Assembly (NCBI GenBank): GCA_964016885.1
Contig: OZ024742.1
Location: 147,622,001 to 147,686,000, forward strand
Direction of reading: 5' to 3'
DNA: 64,000 bases
Origin: Eledone cirrhosa
Lineage: Eukaryota
Shown here: positions 1-11,999 of the stretch, piece by piece
How positions within the stretch are numbered: position 1 is the stretch's first letter
How the letters are laid out: each line of letters starts with the position of its first letter
Translations under genes and position numbers: made by a program
Notes under the pieces: generated by a model
Told to the model about the DNA's origin: nothing
Databases searched by the model: none
What the model saw: only the letters and a program-made list of their open reading frames with translations

Positions 1-59
1 TATCATTGCACCACTCTCTTCTATTTTCACTATTGATCACATTTGCCTTGAAACAAGAT

Positions 60-560
60 GACCTCCTTGGTGTTGGTGCCATTATAAAATGCATTTGGTA
101 CACTCTGTAGTGTCTGGCATTCAAACATAGGGTAGAGATAACTCTTCAGTTATATCAAAGATATGACACCTTAGTGCTGGTACCAGTGTACTATATAAAG
201 TGGTTGATATTAGGAGGACATCTGGCTGTAGAAACCAGTTTCTGACTCTAATAGGAAGACAGTAGCTCTGTGTATATAATGACCTGATCTGTTACAAAAC
301 TTCATCACCATCATCATTGTTTAACGTCCATCTTCCAGGCTAGCATGGGTTGGACGGTTTTATCCCACTTGAGGTGAAATTGGTCGGGAAACCGTGTCTT
401 ACTTGTACAGAACTGTTTCTGGCAGGATGCCCTTCCTAATACCAACCACATTTACAGTGTGGACCGGGAGCCTTTTTACCATGTCTCCTACACGACCACT
501 TTACAGTGTGGACTTGGTGCTTTTTGTCATGTCACCTACATGACCACTTTACAGTGGACG
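60..560. mobile_element. Old SINE remnants on both strands in the ZNF-1 3' flank; paralog at ~57835-58345
   Basis: GTGGTTGATATTAGGAGGACATC (+), GGATGCCCTTCCTAATACCAACC and CATCATCAT..AACGTCC..GCATGGGTTGGAC (-), three ACCACTTTACAGTG-type repeats. Confidence 0.55.
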
Positions 561-734
561 GGTAGGGGTAAGGTGTATTTTGGCTTAAGAGGTGCCTTCT
601 TCCAATCTATGCCAAAATAAAAAAACAAATGTAAAATGATAATGAAGGTCATAGTAAGGTGGTTAGTCTCCAGTACACACGTATTTAGTGAAGTTAATTT
701 TTTCATAAAATAATTTACCACAGATTTACTAGTA

Positions 735-2186
735 TCATTTCTTTCTGGTATGAATGCATTTGTGAGAAGTTAAATTACATTTCACAGAAAATGATTTATC
801 ACACCCATCACAGTGATATGGCTTCTCTCCTGTATGAACACGTTTGTGAGATTTTAGGTGATCATTTCGTGGGAATGATTTACCACAGATATCACAGTGA
901 TATGGTTTCTCTCCTGTATGAATACGTTTGTGGGTATTTAAGTGACTTCTGTAAGTAAATGATTTACCACAGATTTCACAATGATGTGGTTTTTCTCCAG
1001 TATGAATACGTTTGTGAGTATCTAATTGATCCTTTCGAGAAAATGACTTACCACAGATATCACAACGATATGGTTTCTTTCCTGTATGTGTGCGATTGTG
1101 AGAAGTTAATTCACTATTTCTAGAGAATGACTTACTACAGATTTCACAATGATATGGCTTTTCTCCTGTATGTATACGTTTGTGTTTAGTTAAAGAATTT
1201 CCATGAGAGAATGCTTTATCACAGATATCACAGTTATATGGTTTCTCTCCTGTATGAATACGCTTGTGAATAGTTACGTTACCTTTTTGAGAGAATGATT
1301 TACCACAGATATCACAGTGATATGGCTTCTCTCCTGTATGAATGAATTTGTGTTTAATTAAGGTAAGTGTTTGAGAGAACGATTTACCACAGATATCACA
1401 ATGATATGGTCTCTCTCCCGTATGAATACGTTTGTGAGTAGTTAGGTTACTTTTTTGAAAGAATGATTTGCTGCAGAAATCACAGTGATATGGCTTCTCT
1501 CCTGTATGAATTCTTTTATGTTTAGTTAAGTCATTTCTTTGTGAGAATGATTTAAGACAGATATTGCAGTGATATGGTTTTTCTCCAGTATGAATACGTT
1601 TGTGGATTGTTAAGGCATTTCCTACAGAGAATGTCTTGCCACATATATCACAGTGATATGGTCTTTCTCCTGTATGGATACGTGTATGGCTAGTTAAGTC
1701 ATTTCTTTGTGAGAATGATTTACCACAGATATCACAGTGATATGGCTTTTCTCCAGTATGAGTACGTTTATGGCTAGTTAGGACATTTCCATCGGAGAAT
1801 GATTTACCACAGATACCACAGTGATATGGTCTCTCTCCAGTATGAATACGTTTGTGTCTAGTTAAAGTATTTTCGTGAGAGAATGATTTACCACAGATAT
1901 CACAGTGATATGGTTTCTCTCCTGTATGAATACGTTTGTGTCCAGTTAAAGTATTTCCGTGAGAGAATGATTTACCACAGATATCACAGTGATATGGTTT
2001 TTCGCCTGTATGAATGCGTTTATGAGTAGTTACATTACCTTTCTGAGAGAATGATTTACCACAGATATCACAGTTATATGGTTTTGTATTTGTATGAGTT
2101 TCTTTATGCTTAGTCAAGTCATTCCTTCGAGAGAATGATTTTTTACACATATTACTGTGGTATGATTTTCCCGTATTTTTCGGCAT
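735..2186 (-). CDS. C2H2 zinc-finger protein ZNF-1: 17 tandem fingers (first degenerate, Cys>Ser), no effector domain
   Basis: 483-aa ORF of 28-aa C-x2-C-x12-H-x3-H repeats with TGEKPY linkers; starts MPKNTGKS, ends HKCIHTRKK. Confidence 0.93.
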   Translation of the reverse strand: MPKNTGKSYHSNMCKKSFSRRNDLTKHKETHTNTKPYNCDICGKSFSQKGNVTTHKRIHTGEKPYHCDICGKSFSHGNTLTGHKRIHTGEKPYHCDICGKSFSHENTLTRHKRIHTGERPYHCGICGKSFSDGNVLTSHKRTHTGEKPYHCDICGKSFSQRNDLTSHTRIHTGERPYHCDICGKTFSVGNALTIHKRIHTGEKPYHCNICLKSFSQRNDLTKHKRIHTGEKPYHCDFCSKSFFQKSNLTTHKRIHTGERPYHCDICGKSFSQTLTLIKHKFIHTGEKPYHCDICGKSFSQKGNVTIHKRIHTGEKPYNCDICDKAFSHGNSLTKHKRIHTGEKPYHCEICSKSFSRNSELTSHNRTHTGKKPYRCDICGKSFSRKDQLDTHKRIHTGEKPHHCEICGKSFTYRSHLNTHKRIHTGEKPYHCDICGKSFPRNDHLKSHKRVHTGEKPYHCDGCDKSFSVKCNLTSHKCIHTRKK

Positions 2187-2605
2187 CTTTGTGGTAATAA
2201 ACTTAATCCTTTAAATCACTCAAATAAGTTATTTCCCTACAACTCTGATGTCAACACAATATATACATAATTTTCTTTTTATATTTTATTTCAAACAAAC
2301 ATTTCTACAGCTACATTTCCATCAACTATAGTCTTTGTCAATATCTGAAGATCCTGTAAACTCCTTTGTATCTTTAAGTTTAATGAGAATGAAAAATCAC
2401 CCTGAACATATTCCAGTCAGTGAAATAGAGAAATGTTGCTATTAATCTCAGTTCAGAGGAAATAGTTCACAGTAATTCTACCACAGATTTATAGAAATAC
2501 AATTATATCTGTTGTATATAACTCCTTCCTTTAGTCTTTAAAAGATGATACATGTTGATGACACTGTTAAAGTAAAAACGTTATTCTGAAATAATAAAGA
2601 AACAG
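2187..2605 (-). promoter_or_regulatory. Putative splice acceptor (AG at 2587-2586) and 5'UTR part of the ZNF coding exon
   Basis: Minus strand reads CTGTTTCTTTATTATTTCAG|AATAACG; conserved upstream of every ZNF (about 11888, 21646, 30559, 38735, 60510). Confidence 0.6.
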
Positions 2606-2699
2606 TAAAAAATATAAGTGGATATTAAAATGTAAAGATTCAATAATAGAAATTTTACTACTTTTTCATATTCATAAACTGTAAACTTTTACCTACACT

Positions 2700-3975
2700 A
2701 AGTTTATGAAGAACTTGGGCATATTACTGCATAAGTTACTTCAATTTTTACACTTAATTCAGCCTTCTGCCTTCCATCACCCATGAACATAGACCCAAGA
2801 TACTTGAACTTCTCCACCTGCTTCACTGGAACTCCCCTCACATGCAGCTTCTTTGAGAGGATGTGTGTCTGTCTTTGCAGCATTGATTTTCATCCCTATG
2901 GTGTAGCACTCAGCATGAAAGCTATCAAGTGCATGTTGATGGTCACCTTCTGATGAGCTAAGTAATACCATGTCGTCTGAAAATTCCAGCTGACTGATCT
3001 TACTCATGTCAGTTTCAATTTAGCACCATTTATCCAAGCACAAATACTTCAGCATTCATATAGACATCAGGGTAACATGAAATTGTACATCGATCCCATA
3101 CTCCTGCAGAACCTTCTACAGCAGGTTCTGTGGAATATGGTTGTATGTCTTTATAAGATCTACAAAGCAAGAATACACCTCTTAGCAATACTCTCACGAT
3201 TTCTCAAAGACCTGCTGCAGTGTGAATATTTGGTTGGCTGTTTTGCATCAGGGGCGAAAGCTACACTGTTCATCAGCGAGCTTTGATTCAACAATCCTTC
3301 TACATCTCATTGCCAGACACTTAGCATAGACTTTACAAGATCCTTCTCTAATTGGAGCAATCTCTCGTCTCAATTTTTGAAAATGAGGATTATCACCCCC
3401 AATTGTCATTGCTTAGGCGTCTTTTCAGAGATCTAAGTCGGTGGATGATCTACCAGAACACTTTATTTGCTGATCTGAAGTCGGATTCCTGCTTAACCCC
3501 TAAGTCCTCACATGTCTTAACTTTGGACACCATTACTGTCTCTGCTGTGACTTTTTGCATCTGCTTGTACTGCATGTGCAAGGACTTATTTCCAAGCCAA
3601 GCTTTGTAGGCCGCCTTCTTTGCTTGGCTGGCATCTTTGACCTTTTGACTGAACCATGTGGTCCTTCCTCCTGTCGCCCAGCGCCACACCAAGTTGCTTT
3701 CATCTGTAGCATTTAACAGCTCAAACAGAAACTGACTATTTAAACAGTCTCCACTCCACTCAGTTTGCTCAGAGTTCTCTGAATTTGGATGCAATAACAT
3801 CCGCATAACTGGTCCTCACTTCCTTATCCATCAAAACTTCCCACTTTATCCTATAGGTCGACCTGGACCTGCTCATTTTGTGGGCTTTTTCAGCTTTAGG
3901 TAGTCTCAAATTGCAGATAACTAAATGGTGATCAGTTGACAGTTCACCCCTCTCTTAATACGAAGATCCAGCACA
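2700..3975 (-). mobile_element. Degenerate RTE-clade LINE fragment (Rex3/Expander-like) in the ZNF intron
   Basis: Endonuclease tail TDHHLVICNLRL, RT motifs PKQWQLGVII, LEFSDDMVLL (YADD box) and QVEKFKYLGS; stops and frameshifts. Confidence 0.85.
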
Positions 3976-4069
3976 AAATCGAAAATATATATAATGACGT
4001 TAATGCTTTCATTTACTGAATGTTTTCCGTTTGTGTTTGCAGTGTGCAAAACGCGAATTTGCAAACATT

Positions 4070-4430
4070 TTCATCATACTTTCCAATTTTAATGATCTTG
4101 AACTTTCTCGCGTTAAATTATTATTTTTTTCTTTTAATAATTTTAAGAAAAGAAAATAAGAAACATAAATTATAATATTCAAAAGTGTCTATTATACATC
4201 ATAATGTTATATTCAATATTGCCGAAGTTGTTTTCTGGAATAGCACGGCGCCAATAGAGGTAACTGGCGAATCTCGCGAGGGCGCTTGGCTGTTCCAGCG
4301 CATGAGCCTCGCCATCACTGCCAGTGGGCTGGCTTGCCTCAAAAGTCATCAGAGAGGTTGCCGAGTACCCCTCGCTGGTCTTTTGCTCAGGTCTTGGCTC
4401 GGTTGTCCACCCCTTCCTTTACAGTTTTAA
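4070..4430 (-). promoter_or_regulatory. Putative ZNF-1 promoter and non-coding exon 1
   Basis: Local GC/CpG island in AT-rich DNA; TCTCGCGAG 4272-4280, second TCTCGCG 4106-4112, CCAAT 4251-4255; candidate donor AA|GTATGA at 4079. Confidence 0.6.
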
Positions 4431-5117
4431 ACGAGAATTTGTTTGTTTTTTTAGTTTGGTATTCCTTCAGTTTCCAGTTTTTTTCTTCTCTTCCTTTATT
4501 TAAACATGTCTTTCTCTCTTCCCTACCCCTAAACCTTTTCCTTACTTTCGCTATTTAATTTGTTTCCCCTCTTTCTTTTTCTTTTTGTTATTGCAAACAT
4601 TATATAACCGAATTGAAATTTGTCGAACAAATTAAAGTCCTTTAAAAAATGTTTTTTTCTATATATGAAAACGAAACTACCGAATCAATATAATTCAATA
4701 AAACAACAATATTATTTATTCAATGTTAATAGTATTTTTCTTACTTAATTACATTAAAACAAAATAAAAAAAATAATTTAACGCGGGGAAAGTTCAAAAT
4801 AACCGCTTTTACACCTACCTCCCATATTATGATACGCCATCGTAAACTTTTTATATAAAACCACGATAAAAGTATGTCTATACCTTTATTACTATGTATA
4901 ATTTCCACCATAAAGTAAACATATTTATTTATTTCAGCAATTTAAACGTCCTTATAGGGCTGGTAAGCCTGATAGACGGGCAGAGTTATTTAATATCCTT
5001 TATGACAAGAGTCAGAAACAAAAAGGAGGCAAATGAAGCAATAATAAGTAAAAAAAAGAAGGTATTTCGAGATTTTTAAAATATTTTTTTTCTTCTAAAT
5101 ACAATTTCTTTAATAAT

Positions 5118-5219
5118 TGTTTCTACTTTAGGCACAAGGCCAGCAATTACCCAGTGCATTACTGGTACTTTATTTTATCGACCCCGTAAGGATGAAAGGC
5201 AAAGTCAACCTCGGCAGGA
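5118..5219 (-). mobile_element. tRNA-derived SINE (Nin-domain-like), 5'-short copy
   Basis: Core GCCTTTCATCCTTACGGGGTCGATAAAATAAAGTACCAG; TSD TTTCTTTAATAAT at 5105-5117 and 5220-5232. Confidence 0.8.
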
Positions 5220-6520
5220 TTTCTTTAATAATGATAACAATTTAACTTACGACGTAATTCATAATATATTCAAAATTAAATTATTAAAAGAAATGTGTAT
5301 TAAAAAAAAAAACGATAATTATGCGAGCCTGTATATCCTGTATCGTCTAAGTGGAACAATTTTATTATTTACACATATTAATATAGACTTAAGGTAAATG
5401 TTTGTCAACTTACCGTGTTCACATGTAAACAGTAAATGAGTGAGTTGCGTGTTTATTTTATAAAACTACCAAAGAAATTATCTGGTTGTTATATTCAGCT
5501 TTTCAAATGTTTGATCAACTTTAGTTCTACAGCATCAATTTACAATGTAACTTCACATCTTTAGCCGGAGCTTCGTATCTTGTCAGAATATCATTAGCAA
5601 CAATTTCGATAGGAAATCCTTCTGCTACATTTACTCTATTTTTATATCGACAAATAATTACAGAAATGATTGATTAAAATTGTCCAAATGTAATAAAATC
5701 TAATTAATTTATAATAATATTTATCTGATTAAAGCATAATATTATTGTAATTATTTTTACATATACATGAACTGTTAAGTTTATTTTGTTTGCAAAGAAA
5801 CATTTCATTACAAATGCAAACTCTATTTTCTTAAATAAAAAACCGCTTGTGTGTGTGTAATAAAATTTTAATCCAAACTAATTCAAGAAAGCTATTTACA
5901 TTTCCTCAACTACGCCCGTATTCAGCAAAATTATCTCACAGTCAATAGTTCATCTACTGAGAACAGAATGGTATGGTTTGGTGTTGACCATTGTTGACAG
6001 ATCGTAGTCAAGGATTTATACAACAAGAACAAGTCAGGGTTTAATGGAAGCTGCAAAAGTAAAGTGCATATAGACACACACATTTATATGTGTAACAAAT
6101 TATCCTTTGGTGAATTTTGCTATGGTATGAAAATACGCCGTATTTTCATAATTTCCTACAAAAATTTACCAAACTATAATGTTACACTCAGCTAAGCAAC
6201 TATACAATCTCCATTTTTGACCATTGCAAAGAAAATACTTTCTGTGAATTCTATTTCAATATAATGTTAATATGGTTTTGTAGAATTCCTAAATATTTCA
6301 AATGTAGTTTCGTTTCCTTTATGCTCATTATTTACTCAGATACTAATGAGGAAATGCTGGAGTTTTGAGACAATACACCCACTATACTCTGTAATGTATC
6401 ATGCTGGTACTGTTAATAAAATACACCTGGTGTACTCAGTTAAGTGGTTGGTGATAGGAAAGGCATCTAGCATAAAAATTATGCTAAGTATGAGCTAGAT
6501 GTGGTTCTTAGACCAATAGT

Positions 6521-7875
6521 CGTGGGAACAGACCTAATCGTGGGAAAAATGCATGCCATGACAATATGTAAAGAAAATAAACCGAATACTCTGATGGCTG
6601 GATAATCTAAGATTTTCCTCGATGAAGCGGGAAAAATGCAGGTTTTCATTTAATGCGGGCCCTAGGGCATCAAGAAAATGAATTGTTTTATGTGCGTAAT
6701 ATGCCTTGAAATTTCGGGAAAATCGGTTAGTCGTAACGTCTAAAAAGCTGGAAGAAAAATGAAGTTTTTAACCTAATGCGGGCCCTAGGCCATAAAAAAG
6801 TTGGATTTCCTTTGTTCACAGTATGAAGAGACTGATTAATACAGTTACAATTACAAGGCAATCGGTCTGACGTAAGGCCTCAAAATACCCCAGTTTTTCA
6901 CCTAATAGGGGATCAAATGCTAGTTATTTATAATTCTTACAAAGTATAAAATTTACACACCAAAAAAATAAACAATACTTTATTTCTTAAGTAATTCGCA
7001 TAAAAATATAAAATCAAACGAATAAATATATATATATAGAGATTTTCTACAATAACTATATGTATATATATAATAGCTGTAAAATAGTAACTTTTGTTCT
7101 CATAAAGGCACGTAAGTAAGCAACAGTGAAAACTGAAGCTATTATAGCGATGTTTTTCTTTACATGCTTTAATTTTTAGTGTTATGTAAAATATATAACC
7201 TGCAAACCTGATTTTAGAATCGCAGCAGGATCGACTTTATTTCACTCACTCCACTAAAGGTTGGATTACGGTATGAAGAAGAGACTGACTAATACATAGT
7301 TACAGGCTTTCGTTTTTAGTGTTGTGTGAATTATATAACCGCTTTAGATAAGCTTACTATTGCCACAACCACAGCTGGCAAAGAAGTAAGGGTCTGGTGG
7401 TACGTAAGTAAGCAACACTGTGGCTTAAAACATGAGGAAGAAATTGTGTGCACTTACCAACTGTTTGGGGAATGTGTGAGATTTGTCTTGAGCAAGGGTG
7501 GTTGAATAACCGGAGGCAGTGGGCCGTAACTGACGTAATGCAGACATAGACATATATTATAAGAGCGCCTTCTGGATGCAGAGGGAATTGTAGGAAGTGA
7601 CGTAATGCAGGCAGTCAGACGTACAGACAGATATTATAAGGGCGCGACGTTATATGTATCTATCTAAAGAGAGAAAGACTAAGAATTATAGAGAGAGATC
7701 GCTAATTCGCCTAATCCGGTCCCTAGGGCATTGAAAATTTGAAATTTTTTTTGCTCAACACTCCCTGAAACATAAGTATTACATTTGTAAAGTTTGAAAA
7801 CAGTCGGTTGGGTGCTTCTCAAGTTTTAGGGGATTCAAACTCACAGAGATAGACATCCTGTTTTATATATAGAGA
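6521..7875 (-). mobile_element. Non-autonomous Helitron, 3' end deleted
   Basis: Homologous to the complete copies in the other units; hairpin/CTAG end missing. Confidence 0.7.
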
Positions 7876-8347
7876 CTAGCAGAAAACCACACGTGGGCGG
7901 TTTTTGCTAGTCTATATATCTAAAACAGAGAATGTCTGTCAGCTCACTAAAACTTAAGAACCATCCAACTGATTGTTTTCAAACTTTAGACATGTAATAC
8001 TTATGGTCCTGTGAGTGTTTTGAACAAAAATTATTTCAAATTCTTAGTCTTTCTTTTTAGATAGATACATAGATATAACGTTGCGCCCTTATAATATCTG
8101 TCTGGCTGTCTGCATTACGTCATTATGACGCGCTCAGCGCGATTCCCTCGGCCTCAGTGACCAAAGTCAATGGAGAGGGGAAGGTAATGTTTCTGTAGCA
8201 CGTGTTTTAGCGTCTATTCACTCTCTCCCTCCCGCTATCCCCCTCTTGTAGTCTGTCTCTTTCTTTCACTCTCACTCTGTCTCAACGCACGTGTTTCCAC
8301 CGTCGGACAGACAGACAGAGAAATTGCTGGTTATATATATGAGTAGA
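7876..8347 (-). mobile_element. Second, composite Helitron-like insert unique to unit 1
   Basis: Minus strand starts TCTACTCATATATATAAC followed by (CTGT)n and ends GGTTTTCTGCTAG; contains an inverted copy (7911-8123) of the first Helitron's 5' end. Confidence 0.55.
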
Positions 8348-8502
8348 TTATGATATTTGAAGCTTGTGTTACGTTCGTTCTAGATATAAATAACACAGTA
8401 TCACACATGTAGGTTTTTATACTAGAATATATATCATATTTTAACATTATCAGTGACTGGGAAATATATTCATTTTAGACTGCCTCTCAACCCACTAACT
8501 TT

Positions 8503-8720
8503 CTACATCACATTTTCACTAGATAACTACCATCAACCACTGACTACATCACATGTTCACTAGATAACTACCATCAACCACTGACTACATCACATTTTCA
8601 CTAGATAACTACCATCAACCACTGACTACATCGCATGTTCAATAGATAACTACCATCAACCATTAACATTGCATGTTCAATAACCACCATCAGCCACTAA
8701 ATACATTGCATGCTCATTAT
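8503..8720. repeat. 41-bp minisatellite, ~4 copies plus degenerate tail
   Basis: Unit CTACATCACATGTTCACTAGATAACTACCATCAACCACTGA. Confidence 0.95.
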
Positions 8721-9864
8721 ATAACCATCATTTAATGTAAAAAGATATCCTATTGTTTATCTCTCACTCACTACATGATAACCTCTAATATCTAGTATTT
8801 AGTTTCAAATATTGTCAACAAATTATATAGCTTACAAGTAAACAGTTAGTAAATATTTCAGTTTAAAGAAATATTTAACTTTTATCATATATTGAACTGT
8901 GAATTATATAGTTTAAAGTTGTGTCAGGTTAAATATAATGACAGAATAATTTAAGAATAAATAATTTATATTTAGATTTAGCGTGATGAAGAATATTCAC
9001 ACATGTATGTGGTCAAAACTCAGGATTCTGGGATTGACAGTTAAGATGACAAAAGATTGAGAAAATTCAGTGATAATTTGTATGACAGACATATCAAACC
9101 CACACAAGCCGGCTGAATGGACATTAAAACATTAATATTTATATACATATAAAAATGAGAAAACTCATCGCTAGAACAGCTGTTAAGACATCTAAATTCT
9201 GTCAAAGACAACAATGGACAGAGACCTGTGTCCAACAATCCACAAGGTGGGTCACAGGCAAATGAAATATAGAAAAGATTGGAAGAGGACAAACAGAAGT
9301 GTGTTGGTGCATACAATTGACAGGCAGAAGGAAATAAAGAATGTACAAGACAAGTTTACACACACACATCTATCTTCACCCTCATCAACTCTCAAACCAG
9401 CAAAACGTTTTTCACAATTTCAAATATAACTGAACAGTGCCATTGTCCTTTATTTATGAGGGTGATTTCTCAGATATAGTTATATAAAATAGTGTTGGAA
9501 GGTATATATATTCTTTCTTCTGTAAATGGTTATATAAGTTTTGTTTATTTTCTCAAATGGGTTCTGTAACAATTGATCTTTCCTTTGTTACAAACCAGTG
9601 GACTTCTTGCCCTAGAAAAATCTGGTAACAATAATGTTGTTAACCTCAACATCCACAAAACTTGAATGATGTCTTGTATGTAACTCTCTAAAAACTGCCC
9701 ACTGAAGAGCTTCATTGATCTGTCATCTCTGTTCCACACCCTATCAACTCTCCATTATGTCCTCAATAATCATCATTTACTTATTAATGACCTACTAGCC
9801 ATCATGTCCAGCAATGCCCACTAAGTTGATACCACCCTTCATTCATAAAATAATTTACCACAGA

Positions 9865-11484
9865 TCATTTCTTTCTGGTATGAATGCATTTGTGAGAAGT
9901 TAAATTACATTTCGCAGAAAATGATTTATCACACCTCTCACATTGATATGGCTTCTCTCCTGTATGAACACGTTTGTGAGATTTTAGGTGATCGTTTCGT
10001 GGGAATGATTTACCACAGATATCACAGTGATATGGTTTCTCTCCTGTATGAATACGTTTGTGGGTAGTTAATTGACTTCCGTAAGTAAATGATTTACCAC
10101 AGATTTCACAATGATGTGGTTTTTCTCCTCTGTGAAATTGTTTGTGAGTATCTAATTGATCCTGTCGAGAAAATGATTTACCACAGATATCACAACGATA
10201 TGGGTTCTTTCTTGTATGTGTTCGATTGTGACAAGTTAATTCACTATTTCTAGTGAATGACTTACTACAGATTTCACAATGATATGGCTTTTCTCCTGCA
10301 TGTATACGCTTGTGTTCAACTAAAGAATTTCCATGAGAGAATGCTTCATGACAGATATCACAGTGATATGGTTTCTCTCCTGTATGAATACGCTTGTGAA
10401 TAGTTACATTACCTTTTTGAAAGAATGATTTACCACAGATATCACAGTGAAATGGTTTCTTTCCTGTATGAATGAGTTTGTGTGTAATTAAGGCACTTCT
10501 ATGATTGAATGATTTACCACAGATATCACAGTGATATGGTCTCTCTCCCGTATGTGTGCGTTTGTGGTTGGTTAAATAATCTTTTCGAGCAAATGACTTA
10601 CTGCAGATACTACACTGATATGGCTTCTCTCCTGTATGAATACGTTTGTGGAGGGTTAAAACACATCGTTCAGAAAATGATTTACCACAGATATCACAAT
10701 GAAATGGTTTCTCTCCTGTATGGATACGTTTGTGGCTAGTTATGGCATTTCCTGAAGAGAATGAGTTACCACAGATATCACAATGATATGGCCTCTCTCC
10801 TGTATGAATACGTTTGTGAGTAGTTAGGTTACTTTTTTGAAAGAATGATTTGCTGCAGAAATCACAGTGATATAGCTTCTTTCCAGTATGAATTCTTTTA
10901 TGTTTAGTTAAGTCACTTTTTTGTGAGAATGATGTAACACAGGTATTACAGTGATATGGTTTTTCTCCAGTATGTATACGTTTGTGGATTGTTAAGGCAT
11001 TTCTTACAGAGAATGTCTTGCCACATATATCACAGTGATATGGTCTTTCTCCTGTATGGATACGTGTATGGCTAGTTAAGGCTTGTCTTTCAGAGAATGA
11101 TTTACCACAGATACCACAGTGATATGGCTTTTCTCCAGTGTGAGTACGTTTATGGTTAGTTAGGCCATTTCCATCAGAGAATGATTTACCACAGATATCA
11201 CAGTGATATGGTTTTTCTCCTGTATGAATACGTTTATGTCCAGTTAAAGTATTTCCGTGAGAGAATGATTTACCACAGATATCACAGTGATACGGTTTTT
11301 CTCCTGTATGAATACGTTTATGAGTAGTTACATTACCTTTCTGAGAGAATGATTTACCACAGATATCACAGTGATATGGTTTTGCATTTGTATGAGTTTG
11401 TTTATGCTTAGTCAAGTCATTCCTTCGAGAGAATGATTTTTTACACATATTACAGTGGTATGATTTTCCCGTATTTTTCGGCAT
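9865..11484 (-). CDS. C2H2 zinc-finger protein ZNF-2: 19 fingers
   Basis: 539-aa intact ORF, paralog of ZNF-1 with the same N- and C-termini. Confidence 0.93.
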   Translation of the reverse strand: MPKNTGKSYHCNMCKKSFSRRNDLTKHKQTHTNAKPYHCDICGKSFSQKGNVTTHKRIHTGEKPYHCDICGKSFSHGNTLTGHKRIHTGEKPYHCDICGKSFSDGNGLTNHKRTHTGEKPYHCGICGKSFSERQALTSHTRIHTGERPYHCDICGKTFSVRNALTIHKRIHTGEKPYHCNTCVTSFSQKSDLTKHKRIHTGKKLYHCDFCSKSFFQKSNLTTHKRIHTGERPYHCDICGNSFSSGNAITSHKRIHTGEKPFHCDICGKSFSERCVLTLHKRIHTGEKPYQCSICSKSFARKDYLTNHKRTHTGERPYHCDICGKSFNHRSALITHKLIHTGKKPFHCDICGKSFFQKGNVTIHKRIHTGEKPYHCDICHEAFSHGNSLVEHKRIHAGEKPYHCEICSKSFTRNSELTCHNRTHTRKNPYRCDICGKSFSRQDQLDTHKQFHRGEKPHHCEICGKSFTYGSQLTTHKRIHTGEKPYHCDICGKSFPRNDHLKSHKRVHTGEKPYQCERCDKSFSAKCNLTSHKCIHTRKK

Positions 11485-11999
11485 CTTTGTGGTAATAAAT
11501 TTAATCCTTTAAATGACTCAGATAAGTTATTTCCCTACAACTCTTATGTCACCACAATATATACATAATTTTCTTTTTATATTTTATTTCAAACAAACAT
11601 TTCTACAGCTACATTTCCATCAACTATAGTCTTTGTCAATATCTGAAGATCCTGTACACTCCTTTGTCAGTTTATTTAAGTTTAATGAGAATGAAAAATC
11701 ACCCTGAACATAATCCAGTCAGTGAAATAGAGAAATGTTGCTATTAATCTCAGTTCAGAGGAAATAGTTCACAGTAATTCTACCACAGATTTATAGAAAC
11801 ACAATTATATCTGTTGTCTATAAGTCCTTCCTTTCGTCTTTAAAAGATGATAAATATTGATGACACTGTTAAAGTAAAAACGTTATTCTGAAATAATAAA
11901 GAAACAGTAAAAGATATAAGTGGATATTAAAAAGTAAAGATTCAACAATAGAAATTTTACTACTTTTTCATATTTATAAACTGTAAACTTTTACCTACA

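Noticed and set aside
4185-4430. ORF MSIIHHN...STAPIEVTGESREGAWLF in each promoter block
   Set aside because: Non-ATG start and frame-breaking indels between copies; better explained as GC-rich promoter sequence
9041-9739. Short ORFs in the ZNF 3' flank (MxNxDDRSMKLFSGQFLE and others)
   Set aside because: No recognisable motif and frames differ among copies; possibly very old TE debris but not supportable by eye
10509-10739. Plus-strand ORFs with [10 protein letters not shown] repeats (also 20135-21037, 29181, 59093-59995)
   Set aside because: Antisense shadows of the 84-bp zinc-finger repeat; no independent evidence of coding
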